From Octopus sinensis (Eukaryota): 64,000 nucleotides of DNA. The DNA is taken from positions 6,696,001 through 6,760,000 of the forward strand of contig NC_043013.1 of assembly GCF_006345805.1 (NCBI RefSeq), given 5' to 3'. The notes under the pieces are model-generated. The model was given only the letters and a program-made list of their open reading frames with translations. It was not told the DNA's origin and did not search any database. Below, piece by piece: positions 63,036 through 64,000 of the stretch (its first letter is position 1; every line of letters starts with the position of its first letter). A program made the translations under genes and the position numbers.

Positions 63036-64000
63036 AATATTCCCTTTAAAAGTTTTAGGTGGATGTTTTTTGCATCATATTCTTCTATTCTCTGGCAATC
63101 TTTCAGTCGTAGCATAATACAAAGAATTAAAATATTACATTTCTCAAATATTATTCATCTTAAACCTGTAAATAAATGTTTTAAAGACTTCTAAAATAGT
63201 TCCTGAGACGCAGTGCAATGATACAATACAAAAAACGGTTGATATCTTTATCTAGTAAGCTCTCTTGTAAAACTGTAAGTAAATATTTCTAAGAAAGATT
63301 TTTTTTATTATTTTCTGAAATATCTCATCTAACGGGGCGTGATGCATAGAATAAATATATTATATCTCGAATAAACATTGTTTAAATAAAGATTTTTTAA
63401 CCATTTGCTTGTCCGAAGCATTTTCATAAGTTTGTTTTAAACGTCCACGCTTGCGTTCAGGTATATAGCCAGCCCCTGTTTTATATTTTCTGGGTAATAT
63501 AACTCTTTCTTTTCATAAGTCTCGATTTACTGTGGTAGTTGAAAAAAAATAAGGCCTGTGTATCATATATGATGGATGGACACCAGGGAAATATGTTCTG
63601 CGTATCACATGCGATACATCGTATCATTTACAGGCTTTATTTTCCTTTCATGGGTTTTCTTCTTTTTCTGTTGTTGTTTAAGATATATTCTGCATAAATC
63701 CTCACCGTTTCGGTGAATTATCATTGTAATATCTCCTCATTTATTGCCCTTGTGGCGGATATGAGATGCCATTGTCATTATTGTTATTATTGATAAATAA
63801 GAAAACAAAAGACAAGAAAGATAAAGAAACGCTAATGGAGATTTACTGGAGCTATTCACGGAAAACCAATATGGCCGAAAACGCCATTGTGATTGATTGT
63901 GTACGTATTGTATATATATATATATATATCTGTTAATGCATGTGCGATATATGTGTAAATCATTGCGTGTGTGAATGCCTATGTGTGTATGAGTGAGTGT

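Noticed and set aside
63860-63890. CCAATATGGCCG (CCAAT/YY1-like promoter motif)
   Set aside because: Single short motif with no CpG island or downstream exon in the window.

Overview
Repeat-saturated, AT-rich eukaryotic non-coding DNA, almost certainly from an octopus. It has very dense (TA)n/(TG)n/(GATA)n/(TAA)n/(ATGG)n microsatellites and tRNA-derived SINEs of the type I recall from Octopus genomes. I find no credible host exon; nearly all long ORFs in the track are microsatellite translations. Recognisable mobile elements: at least four tRNA-SINE families (about 35 copies); a decayed Tx1/L1-clade LINE (22.3-26.0 kb) plus two more fragments; three R4/Dong-like RLE-LINE 3' ends lying in (TAA)n tracts; a CR1/L2-group 3' end; a near-complete Neptune-type Penelope-like element (PLE, 55.3-58.3 kb, minus) and a second PLE endonuclease fragment; a full-length Tc1 with TIRs; a mariner 5' half; Helitron/Helentron-type non-autonomous elements; and several long foldbacks. 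Three observations stand out. (1) Six minimal hammerhead-ribozyme (HHR) motifs occur; three are followed closely by 90-140 bp foldbacks, and one foldback is homologous to the PLE terminus in this window. (2) Several elements sit inside microsatellites: Tx1 in (GATA)n, and Dong plus a non-coding ~550 bp element in (TAA)n. (3) Two SINE families share 3' tails with LINE 3' ends present here. All alignments and translations were done by eye, so coordinates may be off by a few bases.
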